Shown: positions 7,811 through 17,048, counted from the first letter of the stretch. The stretch: DNA of 32,000 nt from Bacillus subtilis subsp. subtilis str. 168 (GCF_000009045.1 NC_000964.3:450001-482000); one strand, 5' to 3'. Made by a program: numbers and translations. Notes: generated by a model not told the origin, from the sequence alone.

Positions 7811-9025
7811 ATGGAGCAGCAGAAAAAGACAGCAGGAAAAAAAGCGGGCAGCTGGTCATTGCTGATGGGCGCCGCCTTTTTAATGGCGACATCAGCAATC
7901 GGACCGGGTTTCCTCACCCAAACCGCAACATTCACAAACACACTCGCAGCAAGCTTCGGTTTTGTCATCTTAATCTCTATTATTTTAGATATTTTCGCCC
8001 AAACCAATGTGTGGCGCATCATCGCAGTTTCTGGAAAACGAGGTCAGGAAATTGCGAATATGGTGCTTCCCGGACTGGGGTATTTCATCGCCATTCTCGT
8101 CGTGCTTGGCGGACTAGCTTTTAATATTGGGAATATCGGAGGGGCCGGGCTGGGACTTCAGGTGCTGTTCGGCATTACACCTGAAACAGGCGCTTTAATC
8201 AGTGCCGTTATCGCCATTTTGATTTTTGTCATCAAGGAAGCAGGAAAAGCGATGGACCGTTTTACGCAAATCGCGGGGTTCGTGATGATTATTTTAACGG
8301 TCTACGTTGCGGCGACGACAGCTCCTCCGGTCGGACAGGCAGTCGCAAATACATTCGTCCCGGAACACATCAGCATATTTGCCATTGTCACCCTAGTGGG
8401 CGGAACCGTCGGCGGTTATATCACATTTGCCGGAGGACACCGTTTGCTTGATGCCGGAATTAAAGGAAAGGAATCCATTCCGCAGGTGACAAAGAGCTCG
8501 GTTGTCGGCATTTTAATTACATCTGTCATGCGTATCGCTCTTTTTCTTGCGGTTCTAGGCGTTGTATCGAAAGGCCTGCACATCGATGAAAGCAACCCGG
8601 CGGCTTCTGTCTTCAAGCTGGCTGCTGGAAATGTCGGTTATAAAATTTTCGGATTGATCATGTGGTCTGCGGCGATTACGTCTGTTATTGGAGCAGCCTA
8701 TACATCTGTTTCATTTTTTAAAACCTTTTCTCCAAAAATTGAAAAGAATTCACGCGGTATTATTATCGGATTTATTGTGGTTTCTACGTTAGCTTTTGTC
8801 ACAATCGGCCAGCCTGCGAAGATCCTCGTCCTTGTCGGTTCACTGAACGGCTTAATTCTGCCGATTGCGCTCGGAACGCTGCTTGTTGCCGCCTACAAGA
8901 AAAACATTGTCGGTGATTATAAGCATCCGCTTTGGCTGACAAGCACAGGCGCGCTTGTAGTGATTGTAATGGCAGTTATGGGAATCTACACGTTATGTAC
9001 ACAACTTCCTCAATTGTGGAGCTGA
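7811..9025 (+). CDS. ycsG: NRAMP-fold membrane transporter (atypical; canonical metal-binding residues absent)
   Basis: AAAGGAGG lies 8 nt before ATG 7811. 404 aa with about 11 hydrophobic segments. The TM1 region reads AIGPGFLTQ where NRAMP proteins have DPGN. Confidence 0.9.
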   Translation: MEQQKKTAGKKAGSWSLLMGAAFLMATSAIGPGFLTQTATFTNTLAASFGFVILISIILDIFAQTNVWRIIAVSGKRGQEIANMVLPGLGYFIAILVVLGGLAFNIGNIGGAGLGLQVLFGITPETGALISAVIAILIFVIKEAGKAMDRFTQIAGFVMIILTVYVAATTAPPVGQAVANTFVPEHISIFAIVTLVGGTVGGYITFAGGHRLLDAGIKGKESIPQVTKSSVVGILITSVMRIALFLAVLGVVSKGLHIDESNPAASVFKLAAGNVGYKIFGLIMWSAAITSVIGAAYTSVSFFKTFSPKIEKNSRGIIIGFIVVSTLAFVTIGQPAKILVLVGSLNGLILPIALGTLLVAAYKKNIVGDYKHPLWLTSTGALVVIVMAVMGIYTLCTQLPQLWS

Positions 9026-9048
9026 TATAAGTGGAGCAATTAAACAAA

Positions 9049-9822
9049 ATGGCGCCAAAGGATGTACGCGCCCTGATACGAGAGGGGAAAATAAACGGGC
9101 CGACCGCAGGCATGTCCGGCGGCTACGCCCAAGCGAATCTTGTGGTTTTGAAAAAGGACCTTGCGTTTGATTTTCTGCTGTTTTGCCAGCGAAATCAAAA
9201 GCCCTGCCCCGTGCTGGATGTGACTGAAGCAGGTTCGCCTGTGCCGTCTCTGGCTGCGCCGGATGCTGATATCAGAACGGACTTTCCGAAATACCGTATT
9301 TACAGGCACGGTATCCTAACGGAAGAAGTATCTGATATTACGCCATACTGGGAGGACGATTTTGTCGGCTTTCTGATCGGATGCAGTTTCTCCTTTGAAC
9401 AGGCACTGATCAATAATGGGATAGCTGTCCGGCATATTGATGAGGGGACAAACGTCTCAATGTATAAAACGAATATCGATTGTGTTCCGGCGGGGGCGTT
9501 TCACGGACAGATGGTTGTCAGCATGAGGCCGGTTCCTGAACGGCTGGCTGTACGTGCTGCACAAGTGACCTCGCGTTTTCCGGCTGTGCACGGAGGGCCG
9601 ATCCATATTGGCAATCCGGGAGCAATCGGGATTCGCGATCTCGGGAAACCGGATTTCGGAGATGCCGTTTCCATTCGTGACGGCGAGGTTCCTGTTTTTT
9701 GGGCATGCGGAGTGACCCCGCAAGCCGTGGCTATGAATGTAAAGCCTGAAATGGTCATCACACATGCGCCGGGGCATATGCTCATCACAGATATTCGAGA
9801 CGAGTCGCTTGCGGTGCTGTAG
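9049..9822 (+). CDS. ycsI: DUF1445 / D-glutamate cyclase-family putative hydro-lyase
   Basis: The ORF-track frame starts at GTG 9031. I use ATG 9049 (MAPKDVRALIREG...), giving 257 aa. The start is ambiguous because a GTGGAG SD-like element lies upstream of both candidates. Confidence 0.85.
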   Translation: MAPKDVRALIREGKINGPTAGMSGGYAQANLVVLKKDLAFDFLLFCQRNQKPCPVLDVTEAGSPVPSLAAPDADIRTDFPKYRIYRHGILTEEVSDITPYWEDDFVGFLIGCSFSFEQALINNGIAVRHIDEGTNVSMYKTNIDCVPAGAFHGQMVVSMRPVPERLAVRAAQVTSRFPAVHGGPIHIGNPGAIGIRDLGKPDFGDAVSIRDGEVPVFWACGVTPQAVAMNVKPEMVITHAPGHMLITDIRDESLAVL

Positions 9823-9866
9823 CCTCTCGTCATCCTGATGAACGAGAATTAAAAGAGGTGAGAAAG

Positions 9867-10589
9867 ATGACTGTACGATATCAAATCGAACAGCTCGGTG
9901 ATTCTGCAATGATGATCCGATTCGGAGAAGAAATCAATGAACAGGTCAACGGCATTGTCCATGCAGCGGCCGCTTATATAGAAGAACAGCCATTTCCGGG
10001 ATTCATTGAATGTATCCCGGCTTTTACAAGTCTAACCGTATTTTATGATATGTATGAAGTGTACAAGCATTTGCCTCAAGGCATAAGCTCACCTTTTGAG
10101 AGTGTCAAGCGCGATGTCGAAGAGCGGCTGGCAGAAATAGCCGAAGACTATGAGGTCAACCGCCGTATTGTAGAAATTCCCGTTTGCTATGGCGGTGAAT
10201 TCGGTCCGGATTTAGAAGAGGTGGCGAAGATCAATCAACTGTCACCGGAGGAAGTAATCGACATTCATACAAACGGTGAATATGTGGTGTATATGCTTGG
10301 CTTCGCGCCCGGTTTTCCTTTTCTAGGCGGGATGTCAAAACGCATTGCAGCTCCGAGAAAATCATCGCCAAGACCGTCGATTCCCGCAGGTTCGGTCGGT
10401 ATTGCGGGATTGCAGACAGGCGTTTATCCGATTTCAACGCCGGGCGGCTGGCAGCTGATCGGCAAAACGCCGCTGGCTCTTTTCCGGCCGCAGGAAAACC
10501 CGCCGACATTGCTGCGGGCGGGAGATATTGTGAAATTCGTTCGCATCTCAGAAAAAGACTATCACGCCTATAAGGAGGAGTCCAATTGA
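9867..10589 (+). CDS. kipI: KinA inhibitor KipI / 5-oxoprolinase subunit B (allophanate hydrolase subunit-1-like, cyclophilin-like domain)
   Basis: Start placed at ATG 9867, with AGAGGTGA at 9854-9861 upstream, giving 240 aa. The ORF-track start GTG 9858 lies inside that SD. Confidence 0.92.
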
Positions 10590-10591
10590 GC

Positions 10592-11599
10592 ATGAAAGTA
10601 TTAAAGCCCGGACTGCTCACAACGGTTCAGGATATAGGCAGAACGGGTTACCAAAAATACGGCGTTCTGGCCAGCGGCGCTATGGACACGGTTTCACTGC
10701 GCATTGCCAATCTGTTGATAGGAAACGGCGAAAATGAAGCAGGTCTCGAAATAACGATGATGGGGCCCGGTCCGTCGTTTCATTTTTCAAAACAGACACT
10801 GATTGCTGTGACAGGGGCGGACTTCACGCTGCGTATTAATGACGAGGAAGCGCCTTTATGGAAGCCTGTGCTCATCAAGGAAAACAGCACGGTCAGCTTT
10901 GGCCCCTGCAAACTCGGCAGCCGTGCTTATTTGGCGGCAGCTGGCGGCATTGAGGTGCCTGCCGTCATGGAAAGTAAAAGCACATACGTCAGAGGAAGCA
11001 TTGGCGGACTTCATGGCAGAGCGCTTCAAAAAGAAGATGAACTGAACATTGGAGAGATGTCAGCTCTTTCGCAAACCATCCTTTCTCGCTTAAGTTCGCA
11101 GCTTGGAAAACAGGGATTTGCAGCACCGAAGTGGTCAGTCAGCCGCGGCAGATTTCTGCCATTGAAGAAGAATCCCGTCATTCGGGTGCTGGAAGGAAAG
11201 CAATTTGCCTTTTTCACAGAAGAATCAAAAACGCGTTTTTATGAAGAAGCATTTCGTGTCACGCCGCAGTCCGACCGTATGGGCTACAGGCTCAAAGGAG
11301 AACCGCTCGAACTGAAGGCCCCGCTTGAGATGGTGTCGGAAGCGGTTTCATTCGGAACAGTTCAGGTGCCGCCTGACGGCAACCCGATTATCCTGCTTGC
11401 AGACCGGCAGACGACTGGCGGCTATCCGAGGATCGCGCACATCATATCCGCTGATCTTCCGATTGTTTCCCAAATCATGCCGGGCGAGCACGTTCAGTTT
11501 GAGCCTGTGTCCCTCCAGGAGGCAGAAGCGCTTGCGGTAGAACGGGAACAGCATATAAAAGAACTGAAAACGAGAATGAAGATGGAATGGCTGACATAG
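10592..11599 (+). CDS. kipA: KipI antagonist KipA / 5-oxoprolinase subunit C (allophanate hydrolase subunit-2-like)
   Basis: ATG 10592 lies 2 nt after the kipI stop TGA (10587-10589). AAGGAGGAG at 10572-10580. 335 aa. An in-frame TTG at 10586 is an alternative start. Confidence 0.92.
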
Positions 11600-11614
11600 C
11601 AAAGGGGATGAATG

Positions 11615-12367
11615 ATGCAGAATAAAAATAAAACCGTAGTCAAATCTATGGCGCTGCTTAATTTGTTTTTGCATAAACCAAGCCTAACCTTAAGTGAACT
11701 GGTGTCGCTGACGGGAATGCCGAAGACCTCTGTTCACCGGATGGTCAGCTCCTTGGAGGAAATGGGGTTCCTCAGTCGGGATGCGTCCGGCGCTTATTCG
11801 CTGGGATTGGTGTTTTTGGAATTCGGACAGCTTGTCGCTGACAGGCTGGATATCAGAAAAATAGCGAAACCGGTGATGGAAGAGCTGTGCCGGGAAGTGG
11901 ATGAGGCCGTGCAGTTGATCATGAGGGACGGCAATGAAGCGATATACGTTGAGAAAATAGAAGGGACACAGACTGTGCGGCTGTATACGGCGATCGGCAG
12001 GCGTTCCCCCCTATACGCGGGAGCGTGCGCCAGAAGCATTCTGTCCTTTCTTCCCCGTGAAGAAATCGAAGCATACATCAAACAAACCGAGCTCATTTCG
12101 ATTGGCTCCGGAACGATTACCGATCCCGAAAAACTGCTTCAGGAGATTGATGCCTCTGTGCAAAATGGCTATACTGTCAGCTATTCAGAGCTCGAAAACT
12201 ATACGGCGGCGATCGGCGCCCCGATCTTTAACCATGAGCGCCAGGTGGCAGCCGGCATTAGCATTGCAGGCTTTGAAGCGAGATTTACAGAAGACAGGCT
12301 GCCCTATTTAACAGAAAAGGTGAAGGACGCCGCTTTACAGATTTCAAGAAAAATAGGATATACATAA
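11615..12367 (+). CDS. kipR: IclR-family transcriptional regulator of the kip operon
   Basis: N-terminal winged HTH (LTLSELVSLTGMPKTSVHRMVSSLEE) plus an IclR effector domain. Tandem ATGs at 11612 and 11615; the AAAGGGGA SD spacing favours 11615, giving 250 aa. Confidence 0.92.
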   Translation: MQNKNKTVVKSMALLNLFLHKPSLTLSELVSLTGMPKTSVHRMVSSLEEMGFLSRDASGAYSLGLVFLEFGQLVADRLDIRKIAKPVMEELCREVDEAVQLIMRDGNEAIYVEKIEGTQTVRLYTAIGRRSPLYAGACARSILSFLPREEIEAYIKQTELISIGSGTITDPEKLLQEIDASVQNGYTVSYSELENYTAAIGAPIFNHERQVAAGISIAGFEARFTEDRLPYLTEKVKDAALQISRKIGYT

Positions 12368-12430
12368 GTAGCCAATCTTTTCTCTGCTGCGTACATTAAC
12401 GTATCGACGTTCAAGAGTGGAGGAAAGAAC

Positions 12431-13072
12431 ATGGTGCTTCGATATACAGCTCTGGGCGATTCCTTGACGACAGGGAGAGGCTCCGGGCTGTTTTCACCCG
12501 GCTTCGTCCAGCGTTTTGGGGACATGATGGAAGCTGACTTGAAAACAAGAACGGCAATAAACATATTTGCCAGATCAGGTCTGAATACAGAAGAGATTTT
12601 GGGACTCCTGTCATATCCCTATGTGCAAAAATGTATTCGAGATGCTGATATGATAACGATCACAGGGTGCGGAAACGATCTCATCGATTCGGTCTTAGCC
12701 TACCAAACCTCTAAGGATGAAACGATTTTCAGCCGTGTATCCGCCCATTGCCATGAGAATTTTGAAAAGATGATTGCCAAAGTCGCCGAGATTAAAGGAG
12801 AAAATCCTTCCCCGTACGCCATTCGTGTGTTCAACTTATACAATCCGTTTCCCGAAATTGATATCGCCGGCAAATGGATCACTTCGTTTAATTCACATTT
12901 AGAAACACTTGCATCAGCACCCCATGTCAAAATCGCGGATGCCTATAGCATCTTCAAAGGCAAAGAACAGGAATATCTGTCCTTTGACGGTGTCCATCCG
13001 AACAGCAAAGGCTATCAAGCGATGGCTGAAGCCGTTCACAAGCTAGGCTATAAAGAATTATCAGTTTCATAG
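12431..13072 (+). CDS. lipC: SGNH/GDSL-family lipase (spore germination/coat phospholipase)
   Basis: GDSL block LGDSLTTG near the N-terminus, GCGNDL block and DGVHPN block. SD GTGGAGGAAAG upstream. 213 aa. Confidence 0.92.
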
Positions 13073-13103
13073 AAAACGCGCCTCATGACAGGCGCGTTTT
13101 TTA
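13073..13103 (+). terminator. Rho-independent terminator ending the pxpA-lipC operon
   Basis: aaaacgcgcc (13073-13082) pairs with ggcgcgtttt (13091-13100), loop tcatgaca, T-run to 13102. Confidence 0.88.
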
Positions 13104-13244
13104 TGTGTGATCGAAATATTAAAAGAAACTTAAAATTCTCTGTCTTCTGTTCTACAGACAAACAAAGTGCGCTAGAATAATGGAGGGCGTAGGCAAATAT
13201 AGCCATAACGTTCAATATTTCGTATATAAGGAAGGATGGTCCTT

Positions 13245-13490
13245 TTGTTTCGGATTTTTAAAATGTCTTTTGCGGTTATCATTATTATACTGGCGCTTAT
13301 TGCTTTTAACTATACGGAACACACCTCTGTAATCCAATCGGTCATGCTCGTCTTTCTTGGTGCGGTCATGTTTATGCAGGGGCTTGAAGAGCGCAAAAAA
13401 GAAAATGACGGCTCAGGCGCTTTTAATATTTATACCGCCGTTTTTGTATGGTCTGTCTCCCTTATCGGTTTTACACTTCATATTATATAA
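13245..13490 (+). CDS. yczI: small two-TM membrane protein (DUF3953-like)
   Basis: The ORF is open from ATG 13236, but the AAGGAAGG SD abuts that ATG. The in-frame TTG at 13245 has about 8-nt spacing and gives 81 aa. Two hydrophobic helices are separated by EERKKENDG. Confidence 0.7.
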   Translation: MFRIFKMSFAVIIIILALIAFNYTEHTSVIQSVMLVFLGAVMFMQGLEERKKENDGSGAFNIYTAVFVWSVSLIGFTLHII

Positions 13491-13495
13491 ATCTA

Positions 13496-13783
13496 TTACA
13501 CATCCTGAAAATGCTCGACCGTCGGGAACGGGGTATAGAACCGATGAAGCAAGGCTTTCCACTCTTGATACTCTGAAGAACCGCGAAAGCCTTCCGTATG
13601 GTCCTCAAGTGTTTCCCACTCCACAAGAAGCAGATATTTATGCGTTTCCTCCATGCATTTTGATAACGAGTGAGTGATATAGCCCTTCATGCCGGAAATA
13701 ATCGGCGCAGCTTGCCGGAATGCATCCTCAAACTCTTGTTCAAGGCCTTCTTTAATGTGAAGCATTGCTGCCTCTCTGACCAT
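13496..13783 (-). CDS. yczJ: ABM-domain (antibiotic biosynthesis monooxygenase-like) small protein
   Basis: Start placed at ATG 13783 (MVREAAMLHIKEG...), preceded on the minus strand by AGAAAGAAGGGA, giving 95 aa. The ORF-track extension to 13843 has no SD. Ferredoxin-like ABM pattern (LLLVEWETLEDH...F). Confidence 0.8.
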   Translation of the reverse strand: MVREAAMLHIKEGLEQEFEDAFRQAAPIISGMKGYITHSLSKCMEETHKYLLLVEWETLEDHTEGFRGSSEYQEWKALLHRFYTPFPTVEHFQDV

Positions 13784-13933
13784 GCTATCCCTTCTTTCTG
13801 TCTTTTCAAATAGTCTACAGCAAACGATAGGAGATTTCTGCAAAATCGGTGAACTTTTCCTTCATTTTCAAAAAAATCTTGCACGCACCAATTCAATTAA
13901 GAGAAAATAACAAGTGGAAGGCAGGGGAAAGTC

Positions 13934-15940
13934 ATGTTAAAAAAGTGTATTCTACTAGTATTTCTATGCGTCGGATTGATTGGGTTAATCGGATGCTCCA
14001 AAACAGATTCACCAGAGGATCGCATGGAAGCATTCGTGAAACAGTGGAACGATCAGCAATTCGATGACATGTATCAAAGCCTGACTAAAGATGTCAAAAA
14101 AGAAATCTCCAAAAAAGATTTCGTCAACAGGTATAAAGCCATCTATGAGCAGGCCGGCGTAAAAAATTTGAAAGTCACTGCGGGAGAAGTAGATAAGGAC
14201 GATCAAGACAACAAGACGATGAAACATATCCCGTATAAAGTCAGCATGAACACAAATGCCGGCAAAGTCAGCTTCAAGAATACTGCTGTGCTGAAATTAG
14301 AAAAAACAGATGACGAGGAGTCATGGAATATAGATTGGGACCCATCGTTTATTTTCAAGCAGCTGGCTGACGACAAAACCGTGCAAATTATGAGCATTGA
14401 ACCGAAACGAGGCCAAATTTACGATAAAAATGGAAAAGGCTTAGCCGTCAATACAGATGTTCCGGAAATTGGAATTGTTCCCGGAGAGCTTGGCGATAAA
14501 AAAGAGAAAGTCATAAAAGAACTCGCCAAAAAACTTGATTTGACTGAAGACGACATCAAGAAAAAGCTGGATCAAGGCTGGGTAAAAGACGATTCGTTTG
14601 TGCCGCTCAAAAAGGTCAAGCCTGACCAGGAGAAATTAGTTTCTGAAGCGACGTCATTACAAGGCGTAACAAGAACGAATGTCAGCTCCCGCTACTATCC
14701 GTATGGCGAAAAGACAGCCCATTTGACAGGCTATGTCCGCGCCATTACAGCGGAAGAACTGAAGAAAAAGAAAGAAGGAACGTACAGCGATACGTCTAAC
14801 ATCGGTATCGCCGGACTTGAAAATGTGTATGAAGACAAGCTAAGAGGCACAACTGGCTGGAAAATCTACGTGCCGCAAACCGGGGAAGTCATCGCTGAAA
14901 AGAAAGCAAAGGACGGCGAGGATCTTCACCTCACAATTGATATCAAAACGCAAATGAAGCTGTATGATGAACTGAAGGATGACAGCGGGGCGGCAGTCGC
15001 GCTGCAGCCGAAGACAGGCGAAACACTCGCCCTTGTCAGCGCGCCTTCCTACGATCCAAACGGATTTATTTTCGGCTGGAGCGATAAGGAATGGAAAAAG
15101 CTAAACAAAGATAAAAACAATCCGTTTTCAGCGAAATTCAATAAGACATACGCGCCAGGTTCTACCATTAAACCGATTGCGGCTGCTATTGGAATCAAAA
15201 ACGGCACCCTTAAAGCCGATGAGAAGAAAACAATCAAAGGCAAGGAGTGGCAAAAAGATTCAAGCTGGGGCGGCTATTCAGTGACACGTGTGTCTGAGAG
15301 ACTTCAACAAGTCGATTTGGAAAACGCCCTTATTACGTCAGACAATATTTATTTTGCCCAGAATGCGCTTGATATGGGAGCGGACACCTTTACAAAAGGC
15401 TTGAAGACATTCGGTTTTTCAGAGGACGTTCCGTACGAATTCCCGATCCAGAAATCGTCTATTGCAAATGACAAGCTTGATTCAGACATTTTGCTTGCGG
15501 ATACAGGCTACGGACAAGGGCAAATGCAAATGTCTCCGCTTCACTTGGCAACTGCTTACACGCCATTTGTTGACAATGGAGACCTTGTCAAACCGACGCT
15601 GATCAAAAAAGATTCACAAACAGCTGATGTTTGGCACAAGCAAGTGGTCACGAAGGAAGGAGCGGCAGACATTACAAAAGGTCTGAAAGGCGTTGTGGAA
15701 GATGAGCGCGGATCAGCGTATCAGCCTGTCGTGAAAGGAATCACAGTGGCTGGAAAAACAGGAACAGCCGAGCTGAAAACATCAAAAGATGATAAAGACG
15801 GCACGGAAAATGGCTGGTTTGTCGGCTACGATTACGAAAACAAAGACCTGCTTGTCGCCATGATGATCCAAAATGTGCAGGACCGCGGCGGCAGCCACTA
15901 TGTCGTTGAGAAAGCGAAAAAGCAATTTCAATCGAATTAA
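13934..15940 (+). CDS. pbpC: class B penicillin-binding protein 3 (lipoprotein; MecA/PBP2a-like N-terminal domain plus transpeptidase)
   Basis: Lipobox LIGLIGC at the N-terminus. Transpeptidase motifs STIK (SxxK), SDN (SxN) and KTGTA (KTG). 668 aa. Confidence 0.95.
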   Translation: MLKKCILLVFLCVGLIGLIGCSKTDSPEDRMEAFVKQWNDQQFDDMYQSLTKDVKKEISKKDFVNRYKAIYEQAGVKNLKVTAGEVDKDDQDNKTMKHIPYKVSMNTNAGKVSFKNTAVLKLEKTDDEESWNIDWDPSFIFKQLADDKTVQIMSIEPKRGQIYDKNGKGLAVNTDVPEIGIVPGELGDKKEKVIKELAKKLDLTEDDIKKKLDQGWVKDDSFVPLKKVKPDQEKLVSEATSLQGVTRTNVSSRYYPYGEKTAHLTGYVRAITAEELKKKKEGTYSDTSNIGIAGLENVYEDKLRGTTGWKIYVPQTGEVIAEKKAKDGEDLHLTIDIKTQMKLYDELKDDSGAAVALQPKTGETLALVSAPSYDPNGFIFGWSDKEWKKLNKDKNNPFSAKFNKTYAPGSTIKPIAAAIGIKNGTLKADEKKTIKGKEWQKDSSWGGYSVTRVSERLQQVDLENALITSDNIYFAQNALDMGADTFTKGLKTFGFSEDVPYEFPIQKSSIANDKLDSDILLADTGYGQGQMQMSPLHLATAYTPFVDNGDLVKPTLIKKDSQTADVWHKQVVTKEGAADITKGLKGVVEDERGSAYQPVVKGITVAGKTGTAELKTSKDDKDGTENGWFVGYDYENKDLLVAMMIQNVQDRGGSHYVVEKAKKQFQSN

Positions 15941-16041
15941 AATGTCTTTTTAAAAGGAGCGAAAGGAAAAAGGGGATCTGAGGCCGAATGAACTAGTAAG
16001 GGGGCAAAACCCGGTTTATACAAAGAAAAGAGGGATTTTGC

Positions 16042-16944
16042 ATGCAGCGTATTCAATTGGCGGAGGATCTTCAATTTTCAAGAGTCATACACGGGCTTTG
16101 GCGGCTGAATGAATGGAACTATTCAGATGCTGAACTTCTAAGCCTCATTGAATGGTGTATCGATCACGGCATCACGACCTTTGATCATGCGGATATTTAT
16201 GGAGGCTATACGTGCGAAAAGCTGTTTGGAAACGCCCTTGCCCTTTCGCCTGGATTAAGAGAAAACATAGAGTTGGTCACAAAATGCGGTATCGTTCTTG
16301 AATCGCCTGAACGGCCCGCTCACAGATCGCATCATTATAACACAAGCAAATCGCATATTTTGGCATCCGTTGAGCAATCGCTTATGAACCTTAGGACGGA
16401 TTATATCGATATGCTTTTGATTCACAGACCGGACCCGCTCATGGATCCGGAGGGGGTAGCAGAGGCGTTTCAGGCCTTGAAATGCTCTGGCAAGGTCAGG
16501 TACTTTGGCGTTTCAAATTTTAAAGATCACCAGTATCGGATGCTGGAATCATATTTGCCTGAGAAGCTCGTAACCAACCAGATTGAGCTTTCCGCATACG
16601 AATTAGAAAATATGCTCGACGGCACTTTGAACCTGTGCCAGGAAAAACGGATTCCGCCGATGGCTTGGTCGCCTCTGGCAGGCGGCAAAGTATTCACTGA
16701 AAACACGGATAAAGACCGACGTGTCCGTACGGCGCTTGAATCCGTCCAAGGGGAAATCGGCGCCGCTTCATTGGACGAGGTGATGTACGCATGGCTGTAT
16801 ACGCATCCGGCCGGCATCATGCCGATTGTCGGAAGCGGAAAGCGCGAGCGGATTTCCGCCGCGATAAATGCGTTGTCATACAAGCTTGACCAGGATCAAT
16901 GGTTCCGCATTTTTACAGCCGTACAGGGTTACGATATTCCATAA
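16042..16944 (+). CDS. ycsN: aldo/keto reductase family oxidoreductase
   Basis: AKR hallmarks are present (FDHADIYGG, HRPD, GVSNF). SD AAAGAGGGA lies 6 nt upstream. 300 aa. Confidence 0.9.
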   Translation: MQRIQLAEDLQFSRVIHGLWRLNEWNYSDAELLSLIEWCIDHGITTFDHADIYGGYTCEKLFGNALALSPGLRENIELVTKCGIVLESPERPAHRSHHYNTSKSHILASVEQSLMNLRTDYIDMLLIHRPDPLMDPEGVAEAFQALKCSGKVRYFGVSNFKDHQYRMLESYLPEKLVTNQIELSAYELENMLDGTLNLCQEKRIPPMAWSPLAGGKVFTENTDKDRRVRTALESVQGEIGAASLDEVMYAWLYTHPAGIMPIVGSGKRERISAAINALSYKLDQDQWFRIFTAVQGYDIP

Positions 16945-16975
16945 AAAGCATCAGTTTACCAGCTGATGCTTTTTC
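16945..16975 (+). terminator. Rho-independent terminator of ycsN
   Basis: gcatcag (16948-16954) pairs with ctgatgc (16963-16969), flanked by an A-run and a T-run (aaa...ttttt). Confidence 0.8.
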
Positions 16976-16979
16976 AATA

Positions 16980-17001
16980 TTGTCACACCGCTTAGTGCCA
17001 A
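16980..17001. promoter_or_regulatory. imperfect inverted repeat resembling the MtlR operator half-sites (TTGNCAC...GTGNCAA)
   Basis: TTGTCAC (16980-16986), an 8-nt spacer, then GTGCCAA (16995-17001). It sits about 20 nt upstream of the candidate -35 of mtlR. The spacing differs from my recollection of the published consensus, so this is tentative. Confidence 0.4.
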
Positions 17002-17019
17002 ATTACCATTTATAAGTGA

Positions 17020-17048
17020 TTGATTCTTTCTTGAAAGCGTTTTATATT
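17020..17048 (+). promoter_or_regulatory. candidate SigA promoter of mtlR with a cre-like element in the spacer
   Basis: TTGATT (17020-17025), a 17-nt spacer, then TATATT (17043-17048). TTGAAAGCGTTTTAT (17031-17045) matches the cre core TGNAANCG but deviates at the 3' end. Confidence 0.45.

Noticed and set aside
13104-13181. A 25-codon ORF (MCDRNIKRNLKF...) after the lipC terminator, and other tiny ATG-initiated frames in intergenic regions (for example 19279-19329 and 24400-24459).
   Set aside because: None has an SD. The ATG of the first lies in the terminator T-run, and the lengths and compositions are consistent with chance.
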